NCBI GenBank assembly: GCA_963717935.1
Contig: CAVQXP010000004.1
Coordinates: forward strand, 1,056,001 to 1,120,000
From: Candidatus Eiseniibacteriota bacterium
GTDB taxonomy: Bacteria; Eisenbacteria; RBG-16-71-46
Reading direction: 5' to 3'
Length of the DNA: 64,000 nt
Shown here: one piece after another, positions 49,831 to 58,597 of the stretch
Position numbering within the stretch: the stretch's first letter is position 1
Layout: the number at the start of each line of letters is the position of its first letter
The notes under the pieces: model-generated
Seen by the model: the letters and a program-made list of their open reading frames with translations, nothing else
Databases searched by the model: none
What the model was told of the DNA's origin: nothing
Program-made: the position numbers and the translations under genes

Positions 49831-51236
49831 TCGATCTCCTCCGGCAACATCCTCGCCGGCAGGTCGCGCTGATCGAGCCGGTGAACGGGGGACGGGTCCG
49901 CTACGGCGAATTGCTGGAGCGCGTGGATGCCGCGGCCGAGGCGCTCGTCGCCGCGCTGGGCAGGCGCGGCCTCGCTTTCCTCGCCATGGGCCCCGACGTG
50001 GATGCCGTCGTGCTGTACCTCGGTTGTTTGGGCGCGCGCATCCCGTTCTGTCTCGCCGAGACCCAGCCGGAGCCCCTCGCGCGGCTCGCGCAGGTCTACG
50101 AGCCGGACCTCCTGCTGCTGCCGTTGTCGCTCGCGCCGCCGCCCGCCTACCGTGAACATCCGTCTCCGGTCGCTCGTTACCGCGTCTGGGTCGCCGAACG
50201 TCACGGGTCGCGCGCACTCCATCCGGACCTAGCGCTGCTGCTCACCACCTCGGGCTCGACCGGCAATCCCAAGCTCGTCCGGCTCACGCAGCGCAACCTC
50301 GAAGCGAACGCGCGCTCGATCGTGAAGTACCTCGGCATCGATCCCGGGGAGCGCGCGATCGAGAGCCTGGCGATGCACTATTCCTACGGGCTCTCGGTGC
50401 TTAACTCGCATCTCGTGGCCGGCGGCTCGGTCGTTCTCACCCCGCACTCGTTCCTGCGCCCGGAGTTCTGGACGGTGGTGGACGAGGAGCGCTGCACGTC
50501 GTTCGCCGGCGTGCCGTATATGTACGAGACGCTGCACCGTCTGCGCTTCGACCTGGCCCGGCACCCTGCGCTGCGCACGCTTACCCAGGCGGGCGGTGGG
50601 CTGCGCAAGGACCTCGTTGCCCATTTCCACGCGCTGGCCGCGGGGGCCGGGGCGCGCTTCTTCGTCATGTATGGGCAGACCGAGGCCACAGCGCGCATCT
50701 CCTATGTTCCGCCCGAGGCGCTGTCCGGAAAGATCGGTTCCATCGGCATCGCGATCCCGGACGGCCAACTGAGCCTGGCCGTGGTCGAGGATTCCGCCGA
50801 CCTGATGGAACTGGTCTATGAAGGTCCCAACGTCATGCTGGGGTACGCGGAGTCGCCTGCCGATCTCGCGCTGGGGGACGTCCAGGCCGGCGTGCTGCGG
50901 ACCGGGGACCTCGGCCGCGTGGACGAGGATGGCTTCTTCTCCGTCGCCGGCCGGCTCAAGCGCTTCGCCAAGCTGTTCGGCCGGCGCGTCAGCCTGGAGG
51001 ACATCGAACGCGAGATCGAGGCGGCATTCCCGGTGCGCGTGGCGGCGACCGACGGCGGCGACCGCATCGTGATCCACGCGGAACTGGAGGGCGCAGTCGG
51101 CCCGGAGGACATCGGCAGTCACGTCGCGAAGCAGCTTGGGGTACCGCCCGTGGCCGTGACCGTGACCGTCGTGAAGACCCTGCCGCGGACTTCCTCGGGC
51201 AAGAAGGACTATCGCGCGCTCGAGGTGCGCGGATGA
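49827..51236 (+). CDS. AMP-binding (acyl-CoA/acyl-ACP synthetase-like) enzyme
   Basis: The TTG start overlaps the upstream TGA. TTSGSTGNPK, MYGQTE, RTGDLG, SSGKKD. Confidence 0.9.
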   Translation: MIDLLRQHPRRQVALIEPVNGGRVRYGELLERVDAAAEALVAALGRRGLAFLAMGPDVDAVVLYLGCLGARIPFCLAETQPEPLARLAQVYEPDLLLLPLSLAPPPAYREHPSPVARYRVWVAERHGSRALHPDLALLLTTSGSTGNPKLVRLTQRNLEANARSIVKYLGIDPGERAIESLAMHYSYGLSVLNSHLVAGGSVVLTPHSFLRPEFWTVVDEERCTSFAGVPYMYETLHRLRFDLARHPALRTLTQAGGGLRKDLVAHFHALAAGAGARFFVMYGQTEATARISYVPPEALSGKIGSIGIAIPDGQLSLAVVEDSADLMELVYEGPNVMLGYAESPADLALGDVQAGVLRTGDLGRVDEDGFFSVAGRLKRFAKLFGRRVSLEDIEREIEAAFPVRVAATDGGDRIVIHAELEGAVGPEDIGSHVAKQLGVPPVAVTVTVVKTLPRTSSGKKDYRALEVRG

Positions 51237-52327
51237 GGAGCCCCGCCCGGGACCTGCTGGAGTTGCCGCCCTACTCGTTGCCGCAGGACGAGAAGCGCGC
51301 GATGCTGCGGCCGCGTCTTGAGGCGCTCACGCGCCACCACTACGAGGCGTGCGCGGCGTACCGCAACGTCGTGGACCACGTGTTCGGCGGACTCGACACC
51401 GTGGACTTCGGTCGGCTCGAGGACCTGCCGTTCCTGCCGGTGTCGCTGTTCAAGACGCACGAGTTGAAGAGCGTCTCCGACGCCGACGTCATCAAGGTGC
51501 TCACCTCGAGCGGCACGACGGGCCAGCAGGCGAGCCGCGTGGTGGTGGACGCCGAGACGAGCCAGGTCCAGTCGGCCGTCCTGGTCAAGGTGGCGCAGCA
51601 CTTCCTCGGTCGGGAGCGCCTGCCGATGGTGATCCTCGACCATGCCGGGGTCGTGAAGGACCGCCGCTCGTACTCGGCCCGTGCGGCGGGCATCTTGGGT
51701 ATGGCCCAGTTCGGCTACCGGCCGTTCTACGCTCTGCGGGAGGACATGAGCCTCGACGCGGAGGGGCTCGTCGCGTACCTGGGCTCGATGAGGGATCGGC
51801 GGATCCTGTTGTTCGGTTTCACCTGGATGGTGTGGCAGCATTTCGCCGGAGCGCTCGAGAGTCTCGGGCTGCGCCCTGACCTGTCGCGCGGCGTCCTCGT
51901 TCACTCGGGTGGGTGGAAGAAGCTGCACGACGTCGCCGTGACCCCTGCGGAGTTTCGCGAGCGCCTGCGGGTGCTGACCGGGCTCCCCCGGGTGATCGAT
52001 TTCTACGGCATGGTCGAGCAGGTGGGGAGCGTGTATTTCGAAAACGAGCTTCACCTCTTGCAGGCCCCCATCTACTCCGACGTGATCGTGCGCGACCCGG
52101 TGACGCTCGAGCCGCTGCCCGATGGCCGGCCGGGTCTCCTGCAAGTCGTGAGTTGCCTGCCCACGAGTTACCCCGGGCACTCGCTTCTTACCGAGGACCT
52201 GGGCGTGATCCGCGGCGCGGACCTGCCGGGCACGGAGTTGAAGGGCCGCAGTTTCGAGGTGCTCGGGCGTGTCCCGCGTGCCGACTTGCGCGGGTGCAGC
52301 GACACGTTCGAACCGAGGGCCGCGTGA
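51233..52327 (+). CDS. LuxE-like acyl-protein synthetase
   Basis: PFLPVSLFK, TSSGTTG, HSGGWKK, FYGMVE, SYPGHSLLTEDLG and a C-terminal RGCSD. Confidence 0.88.
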   Translation: MRSPARDLLELPPYSLPQDEKRAMLRPRLEALTRHHYEACAAYRNVVDHVFGGLDTVDFGRLEDLPFLPVSLFKTHELKSVSDADVIKVLTSSGTTGQQASRVVVDAETSQVQSAVLVKVAQHFLGRERLPMVILDHAGVVKDRRSYSARAAGILGMAQFGYRPFYALREDMSLDAEGLVAYLGSMRDRRILLFGFTWMVWQHFAGALESLGLRPDLSRGVLVHSGGWKKLHDVAVTPAEFRERLRVLTGLPRVIDFYGMVEQVGSVYFENELHLLQAPIYSDVIVRDPVTLEPLPDGRPGLLQVVSCLPTSYPGHSLLTEDLGVIRGADLPGTELKGRSFEVLGRVPRADLRGCSDTFEPRAA

Positions 52328-53597
52328 GCGGATCCGAACGGACCCGACCGCGCCGCTGGGTCGACCTCGGTGCTGCGGTGACGGTGCTCGCGCCCGACTC
52401 GCCCGGCCAGGACCTCGCCGGCTTCCTCGACGCGACCCTGGCCGCAGGCGGCGAGTCGTTCACCGCGGAGCGTCGCGAGGTCATCCACTCGCTCTCGGCT
52501 GCCTTTCTTGCCGACCCCGTCCTGCGTCGGGATGCGGCGAGCGTCGCGGCGGCCTACTGGATGCGGCGCGCCCAGGTCGAGCGGCTCGCGTCCGAATTCG
52601 AGCGCCGGGTGCAGGCGGAGCCTGCCGTGGTGCGCGTACCGGTGGGGCGCGTGTTCCACCTGGCGCCCGCCAACGTGGATACGCTGTTCATCTACTCCTG
52701 GGTGCTCGCCTTCCTGTGCGGCAACGCCAGCGTCGTACGATTGTCGCAGGACCGCACGCCTGTGGTTGAGGCGATGCTGGACGCGATCCGGGTGGTGGCT
52801 CGCGAGCACGCTGTGCTGGGCTCGGGCGACCGCTTCGTCACCTACGAGCACGACGCGGCGGCCACCGAGGCGATCTCGGCCTGGTGCAGCCACCGGGTGA
52901 TCTGGGAGGTGACGAGACGGTTGCCGCCCTACGCCCGCTGGCGCTCAATCCGCACGCCAGCGAGCGCGTGTTCGGGAACAAGTTCTCGTATGCGGTCTTC
53001 TCGGCGGCCCGGTACCTCGCGGCCAGCGCGGATGAGCGCGCGCGGGTCGCGGGCGGGTTCTTCAACGACCTCTTCTGGTTCGACCAGATGGCGTGCTCGT
53101 CACCCCATGTGCTCTTCTGGGTGGGGAGCGAAGCCGAGACGGATCCTGCCATCGGGGCGTTCGAGGCGGACCTGCAGGGCGAGGCGGACCGGCGTGGCTT
53201 CGTGCCCTCGGCCGCGAGCGCGGTGCAGCGCCGGGCCTTCGCCTTCGAGCTTGCCGCCGACGCGGACGTGCGAGTCGGTCTCGGGCATCCCAGCTTCGTG
53301 GGCATCCGCGTCCTGGAGGCGAGCGGCCTCACCCGGGAGACCTGCGGCGGTGGACTTCTGCGTCACTACCGGCTCGACCGGCTCCAGGATCTGGCCGGCT
53401 TCGCGGAGGAGGGCGACCAGACCGTGACCCACTTCGGCTTCAACGCAGACGAACTGCGGGACCTCGCCACCCGCGCCGGGGCACGCGGTCTGGACCGCGT
53501 CGTGCCGGTGGGCGAGGCCCTCGCGTTCGATGTCGTGTGGGATGGCTATGACCTGCTCGACGACTTCACGCGCCGTGTGCGGGCAAAGTCCTCCTGA
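52324..53597 (+). CDS. LuxC-like acyl-CoA/acyl-protein reductase, with one frameshift near 52905
   Basis: PVGRVFHLAPANV, GNASVVRL, IW(G)GDETV across the frameshift, FDQMACSSP (catalytic Cys), RVVPVG, WDG. Confidence 0.85.
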
Positions 53598-53619
53598 GCC
53601 CGCGGACCGCGACCCCGCC

Positions 53620-54489
53620 ATGACGATCCGACTCGATTCCCCGCTCCAGGCCACGGCGAAGGCGCTCCCTGAGATCGCGCGTCTGCTCGAGCGCGCGATC
53701 CCGCGCGGGCGCCCGTGGGCCCCCGACGTTGAATGGCACTACCTGCGGAACCCGGCGGGCGCCGCCTGGTACGTGAACGCGCGCTCGGACCAGGGCGAGC
53801 TGATGGCCCACTTCGCGGTCATCCCCGTTCCGGCGCTGGACGATCCACGTTTTGACTCCCTGCGCGTGTTCCTCTCGCTGAACACCGCCGTGCATCCCGG
53901 CGCCACCGTGCCGGGTCTCATGGTGGCCACGGCGCGGGCTCTGTTCCGGCATCTGGAATCACTCCATCCCGCGCTCGTCCTCGGCGTGGCGAATGAGAAT
54001 TCCTTCGTCGGTTTCAGCCGCCTGCTCGGCTTCCTGCCGCTGGGGCGCCTCCGACTGCGCTTCTTCCCGCCCTTTGTGCTCCCGCGGGACGAGCCGCCCC
54101 GCGCCCTCCGGTGGGACGAGGCCGTGCTCCGCTGGCGCGTGACGCGCCCGCAGGCCGAGGTGTTCGCGCAGCCGTCGCGGGGCGCGGTGCTCCGTCGCAT
54201 CCACCACCGTGGGTTGCCGCTCGACGTCGTCCTCACGGTCGGTCTGCCCGCGGAAACGCTGGCCCGGCTAGCGTTGCCCAACGGCCCCCGCTCCCTCCTC
54301 CGCTCGGCACCGCGCCTCTACGCGGGCTTCGGCCCGTCGTCCCCCGGGGGGATGCCGGTGCCGGAGGGCTTGCGTCCGAGTCCGCTCGAGTACATCTTCC
54401 GCCCCCTCGCGTCCGAGATCGATCGTAACGGGCTCGGCGCCTTCCTCGCGTCGCGCCGTTTCGAGTTCCTCGACTTTGACGTCGTGTAA
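53620..54489 (+). CDS. GNAT-like N-acyltransferase
   Basis: WHYLRNPAG, SLNTAVHP, GVANENS...F...LGF, and a second-domain LRWRV pattern. Confidence 0.65.
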   Translation: MTIRLDSPLQATAKALPEIARLLERAIPRGRPWAPDVEWHYLRNPAGAAWYVNARSDQGELMAHFAVIPVPALDDPRFDSLRVFLSLNTAVHPGATVPGLMVATARALFRHLESLHPALVLGVANENSFVGFSRLLGFLPLGRLRLRFFPPFVLPRDEPPRALRWDEAVLRWRVTRPQAEVFAQPSRGAVLRRIHHRGLPLDVVLTVGLPAETLARLALPNGPRSLLRSAPRLYAGFGPSSPGGMPVPEGLRPSPLEYIFRPLASEIDRNGLGAFLASRRFEFLDFDVV

Positions 54490-54510
54490 CCCATCCCGGG
54501 GATCCGGATC

Positions 54511-55326
54511 GTGATCAACGCACTGACCATCGACTTCGAGGACTGGTATCAGGGGCTCGAGATCCCGATCTCGGAGTGGGACCGCTTCGAGGACCGCCTG
54601 GTCTTCTCCGGACGGCTGCTGCTCGATCGCCTTGCCGCGGCGCAGGTGCGCGGCACCTTCTTCGTCCTCGGGGCGGTCGCGGAACGGCACCCCGAGCTGG
54701 TGCGGGAGATCGCGGCGCAGGGCCACGAGGTCGCGACCCACGGCTGGTCCCACACGCTCGTCTACCAGCTGAGTCCCGAGGCTTTCCGCACGGAGTTGCG
54801 GCGCTCGGTGCAGCTCCTCGAGGAGCTCTCGGGCCGGAAGGTCCTCGGCCACCGCGCACCGTTCTTCTCGATCACGCGCGCGTCGCTCTGGGCGCTCGAC
54901 GTGCTCGGCGGGGAGGGCATCCGGTACGATTCGAGCATCTTCCCGGTGCTGAACTACCGCTACGGGATCGAGGACGCGCCGCGCTGGCCGTACGAGGTCC
55001 GGGGCGATTCCTGGACCCTGACCGAGTTCCCCGTCACCACCTGGAGGGCACTGGGACGCAACATCCCGGTCGCCGGGGGTGCCTACTTCCGGCTCTATCC
55101 CTACGCGCTGACGCGTGCCGCCCTGCGCAGCATCAACCGGGCGGGGCACCCGGCCCTGTTCTACCTCCATCCGTGGGAACTCGACCCGGACCATCCCCGC
55201 ATCCGCCTGCCGCGCCGGATCGCGCTTACGCACTACGCGAACCTGAAGGCCACCGAGCGACGCTTCGTCCGGCTCCTGCGCGATTTCCGCTTCGCCCCGC
55301 TGAGAGAGGTGCTGGGAGTCCCGTGA
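54511..55326 (+). CDS. polysaccharide deacetylase (XrtA/PEP-CTERM-locus type, DUF3473)
   Basis: TIDFEDWY, TFFVLG, GHEVATHGWSH, RAPFFS, YDSS, GGAYFRLYP, YLHPWELDP. Confidence 0.9.
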   Translation: MINALTIDFEDWYQGLEIPISEWDRFEDRLVFSGRLLLDRLAAAQVRGTFFVLGAVAERHPELVREIAAQGHEVATHGWSHTLVYQLSPEAFRTELRRSVQLLEELSGRKVLGHRAPFFSITRASLWALDVLGGEGIRYDSSIFPVLNYRYGIEDAPRWPYEVRGDSWTLTEFPVTTWRALGRNIPVAGGAYFRLYPYALTRAALRSINRAGHPALFYLHPWELDPDHPRIRLPRRIALTHYANLKATERRFVRLLRDFRFAPLREVLGVP

Positions 55327-55377
55327 CGGGGTCGCGCGCCTCCACCGGGCCGATGCCGCCGGGACGACGCGGGTTCG

Positions 55378-55406
55378 TTGACCTCTCCCGCGCGAACCCC
55401 TAGGTT
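55378..55406 (+). promoter_or_regulatory. sigma70 promoter for the nucleotide-sugar genes
   Basis: TTGACC-N17-TAGGTT. Confidence 0.65.
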
Positions 55407-55452
55407 CTGCAGGGTTCGCTGCCTTCCGTCATCGACTCTGAGGGCTTCCACC

Positions 55453-56406
55453 ATGCGCCGTGTGCTCGTCACGGGGGTGACCGGCTTTGCCGGCAGCCAC
55501 CTCGTGGACTATATGCTCACCCGGAACGACTGCGAGATCTTCGGCATCCAGCGCTGGCGGAGCCCGCTCGAGAACATCGAGCACTTCAAGGAGAAGATCA
55601 CGCTGGTCGAGTGCGACCTGCGGGATGCCTCCTCGACGCGCGACACCCTCGAGCGGATGCGTCCGGACTGGATCTTCCACCTGGCCGCGCAGTCCTTCGT
55701 GCCCACTTCGTGGAGCGCGCCGACCGAGTCACTCACCACCAATGTGCTCGGCCAGCTCAACATCTTCGAGGCGGTGAGGCGCATCGGCCTGGAATGCCGC
55801 ATCCAGATCGCCTGCTCCAGCGAGGAGTACGGCATGGTCTACGCGGACGAGTTGCCGATCAAGGAGACGAACCCGCTGCGGCCGCTCTCGCCCTACGCGG
55901 TCAGCAAGGTGGCGCAGGACCTGCTCGCCTACCAGTACTGGATGTCGTGGAAGGTGGACTCGGTGCGCACCCGCGGTTTCAACCACGAGGGTCCGCGGCG
56001 GGGGCCGGTGTTCGTGGCCTCGGACTTCGCCAAGCAGATCGCCGACATCGAGAAGGGCCTCAAGCCACCGGTGCTCCACGTCGGGAACCTCGAGGCCAAG
56101 CGCGACTTCACCGACGTGCGCGACATGGTGCGTGGCTACTGGCTGGCGCTCGAGAAGTGCGAGCCCGGCGAGGTCTACAACCTCTGCAGTGGCAAGGCGT
56201 ACAGCATCCAGCAGGTACTGGACCTGCTGCTCGGCATGACGAAGGTGAAGATCGAGGTGCGCCAGGACCGCCTGCGGCTGCGTCCGAGCGACGTGCCCGT
56301 GCTGCTGGGCGACCGCTCGAAGTTCACGAAGGCCACCGGCTGGGAGCCGGTGATCCCGTTCGAGCAGACGCTGCAGGACATGCTCGACTTCTGGCGCGCG
56401 CGGTAG
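55453..56406 (+). CDS. GDP-mannose 4,6-dehydratase-family extended SDR
   Basis: TGVTGFAG, HLAAQSFV, SSEEYG, SPYAVSK, FNHEGPRRG, GNLEAKRDF, RPSDV. Confidence 0.85.
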   Translation: MRRVLVTGVTGFAGSHLVDYMLTRNDCEIFGIQRWRSPLENIEHFKEKITLVECDLRDASSTRDTLERMRPDWIFHLAAQSFVPTSWSAPTESLTTNVLGQLNIFEAVRRIGLECRIQIACSSEEYGMVYADELPIKETNPLRPLSPYAVSKVAQDLLAYQYWMSWKVDSVRTRGFNHEGPRRGPVFVASDFAKQIADIEKGLKPPVLHVGNLEAKRDFTDVRDMVRGYWLALEKCEPGEVYNLCSGKAYSIQQVLDLLLGMTKVKIEVRQDRLRLRPSDVPVLLGDRSKFTKATGWEPVIPFEQTLQDMLDFWRAR

Positions 56407-56417
56407 CGGGCTGTCTC

Positions 56418-57389
56418 ATGCCGGGCCGGACCGTCCTCGTCACGGGCGTGAGTGGCTTCGTCGGTCCCCACCTGGCGCGCGCTCTGGTCGCCTCGGGAGC
56501 GCGCGTCGTGGGGCTCGGCATCGAGCCGGAGCCGCCCGCCGGGATCCCGCTCGAGGGCTGGCATGTCGCCGACCTGCGCGAGCCGGTGGCGGTCGGTCGC
56601 GCGGTCGCCGCGGCGCGGCCCGACGCCGTGGTGCACCTCGCGGGGCAGAGCAGCCCGGCACGTTCCTTCGAGGACCCCGCCGGCACGTTCGAGGCGAATG
56701 TGAGCGGCGCGCGCAACCTGCTCGAGGCGGCGCGCGGCGGCGCGCCGGTGGCACGCCTGCTGATCGTCGGGAGCGGCGACGTCTACGGCCCGCAGCCCGA
56801 GGGCTCGCGCGCGGGGGAGGAGACGCCCTTCGCGCCCGTGAGTCCGTACGCCGCCTCGAAGGTCGAGGCCGACCGGCTGGCCGAGGTCGCCGCGCAGGGC
56901 GAGTACGGTCTCGACGTCGTCCGCGTGCGCGCGTTCAGCCACACCGGCCCCGGCCAGAGCCCGGCGTTCGTCGTGCCCGGCTTCGCCCAGCAGATCGCCG
57001 CCATCGAGGCGGGGCGGACGGAGCCCGTGCTGCGCGTCGGGAACCTCGAGGTGATGCGCGACTTCTCCGACGTGCGCGACGTGGTGCGGGCCTACGTCGC
57101 GCTGCTGGAGCACGGCACGCGTGGCGCTGCCTACAACGTCTGCCGGGGCGAGGGCGTGAAGCTCACCGAGGTCGTGAGCCGCCTCGTGGGGCTGGCGCGC
57201 GTGGCGATCCGGGTCGAGGTGGACCCCGCGCGCCTGCGGCCGGCGGACATCCCCTGGCTGGTGGGCGACCCGTCGCGCATCGCGCGGGACACCGGGTGGC
57301 GCGTCAAGCTCCCCCTCGAGCGGACACTCCGCGACGTGCTGGAGGAGTGGCGCGGGAGGGACCGCGGCCGGATGGCCCCGCAGGCTTGA
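56418..57389 (+). CDS. Rmd-like GDP-4-keto-6-deoxy-sugar reductase (GMD-family SDR)
   Basis: TGVSGFVG, HLAGQS, GSGDVYG, SPYAASK, HTGPGQ, GNLEVMRDF, RPAD. Confidence 0.78.
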   Translation: MPGRTVLVTGVSGFVGPHLARALVASGARVVGLGIEPEPPAGIPLEGWHVADLREPVAVGRAVAAARPDAVVHLAGQSSPARSFEDPAGTFEANVSGARNLLEAARGGAPVARLLIVGSGDVYGPQPEGSRAGEETPFAPVSPYAASKVEADRLAEVAAQGEYGLDVVRVRAFSHTGPGQSPAFVVPGFAQQIAAIEAGRTEPVLRVGNLEVMRDFSDVRDVVRAYVALLEHGTRGAAYNVCRGEGVKLTEVVSRLVGLARVAIRVEVDPARLRPADIPWLVGDPSRIARDTGWRVKLPLERTLRDVLEEWRGRDRGRMAPQA

Positions 57390-57414
57390 CCCGGCCCACG
57401 GGCGGGCCTACCTT
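57386..57414 (+). promoter_or_regulatory. sigma70 promoter for the wzz-like operon
   Basis: TTGACC-N17-TACCTT. Confidence 0.6.
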
Positions 57415-57429
57415 GTGCAACTCATTCCG

Positions 57430-58503
57430 ATGATGCCCACGATGAAACCCAGCCCGCTCGATTCCCTGCCCCCGCCCGCGCGCCGCTTTGTCGCTGCCTC
57501 CTTGGAGCGGCGGCGGCCGATTGCGGCGTTCGTTCTGGCGGTCATGGCGCTCTCCGTGGCGGTGGCGCTGCTGCTGCCGCCCTGGTTCCAGGCACAGTCC
57601 ACGGTGCTGCCGCCCACCGAAGGGAACGATTCCTTCGGCATCATGGCAGGGCTGATCCAGGGCGCTGCGCTCAGCAAGATCGGGATGATGACGACCTCGA
57701 CGGCCTCGGAGATCTACACGGAGATTCTCAGGAGCCGGACCCTCCAGGAGGATCTGGTCCAAGTGTTCCACCTCGACCAGCTCTACAAGCGGAAAGGGAT
57801 GGACCTCACCCTGAAGGAGTTGGCCCGCCACGTGAATGTGGCGATCGGCAACTCGGGCCTGCTCATCGTGCAGGTGGAGGACCGGGACCCGCGGCGCGCG
57901 GCGGACATGGCGAACCGGCTGGTGGACGAACTCGACCGATTCAACCGGGAGGCACTCAACACGCGGGCCAAGCGCACGCGGGAGTTCCTCGAGTCGCGGG
58001 TCGCTGACGTCCAGACGCGCCTGCGAGCGGCGGAAACGGCGCTCACGGCGTATGAGCAGAAACACGGTGTCACCGCCGACGCGTCCGCCGTGGGTGGCAT
58101 GGCCGCCATCATCGCCCAGAAGCTCAACCTGCAGGTGAAACGCGAGTACGTCTCCAGCTACACCTCCTCCGGGAGTGCCGCGGTCCGCTCCATCGACACC
58201 GAGATTGCCGCCTATGATCGCGAGTTGGCCCGCCTGCCGGGACTCAAGAGCGAAGGCGCACGGCTGGCGCTCGACGCGGAGATCCAGCGCCGGGTTTTCA
58301 CCGTGCTGACCGGCCAGTACGAGGATGCCCGGGTTCAGGAGATGCGGGACACGCCGACGATCACGGTCCTCGACCGGGCACGCCCTCCCGAGTTGAAGGT
58401 GCGGCCGAAGCGCGCGGTGATTGTCCTTATCTCGACCCTGGTCGCGTTGCTGCTCTCGGTGGGTTGGGTGGGGTTGTCGCTTCGCAAGGCTGCGCCCGCA
58501 TGA
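57430..58503 (+). CDS. Wzz/GumC-family polysaccharide co-polymerase (chain-length determinant)
   Basis: Two terminal TMs, EILRSR, DPRRAADMAN, a coiled coil, and the Pro-rich VLDRARPPELKVRPKR motif. Start is uncertain (57430-57442). Confidence 0.85.
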   Translation: MMPTMKPSPLDSLPPPARRFVAASLERRRPIAAFVLAVMALSVAVALLLPPWFQAQSTVLPPTEGNDSFGIMAGLIQGAALSKIGMMTTSTASEIYTEILRSRTLQEDLVQVFHLDQLYKRKGMDLTLKELARHVNVAIGNSGLLIVQVEDRDPRRAADMANRLVDELDRFNREALNTRAKRTREFLESRVADVQTRLRAAETALTAYEQKHGVTADASAVGGMAAIIAQKLNLQVKREYVSSYTSSGSAAVRSIDTEIAAYDRELARLPGLKSEGARLALDAEIQRRVFTVLTGQYEDARVQEMRDTPTITVLDRARPPELKVRPKRAVIVLISTLVALLLSVGWVGLSLRKAAPA

Positions 58504-58597
58504 CTCCGGCCCGCGCCTCTTCCGCGCGGGACTCCTTGGCCATCACAGGGGACCGGGCTTCCGTGATTCCCGGATCCCGCTGGACCGGACCCGCGTG

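Noticed and set aside
52884..52910. Programmed ribosomal frameshift in luxC
   Set aside because: No slippery heptamer or clear stimulatory structure. A missing G in a homopolymer is the simpler explanation.
51233..53597. Bioluminescence (lux) operon
   Set aside because: No luxA, luxB, luxD or luxG homologue is in the window, and the context is polysaccharide biosynthesis.
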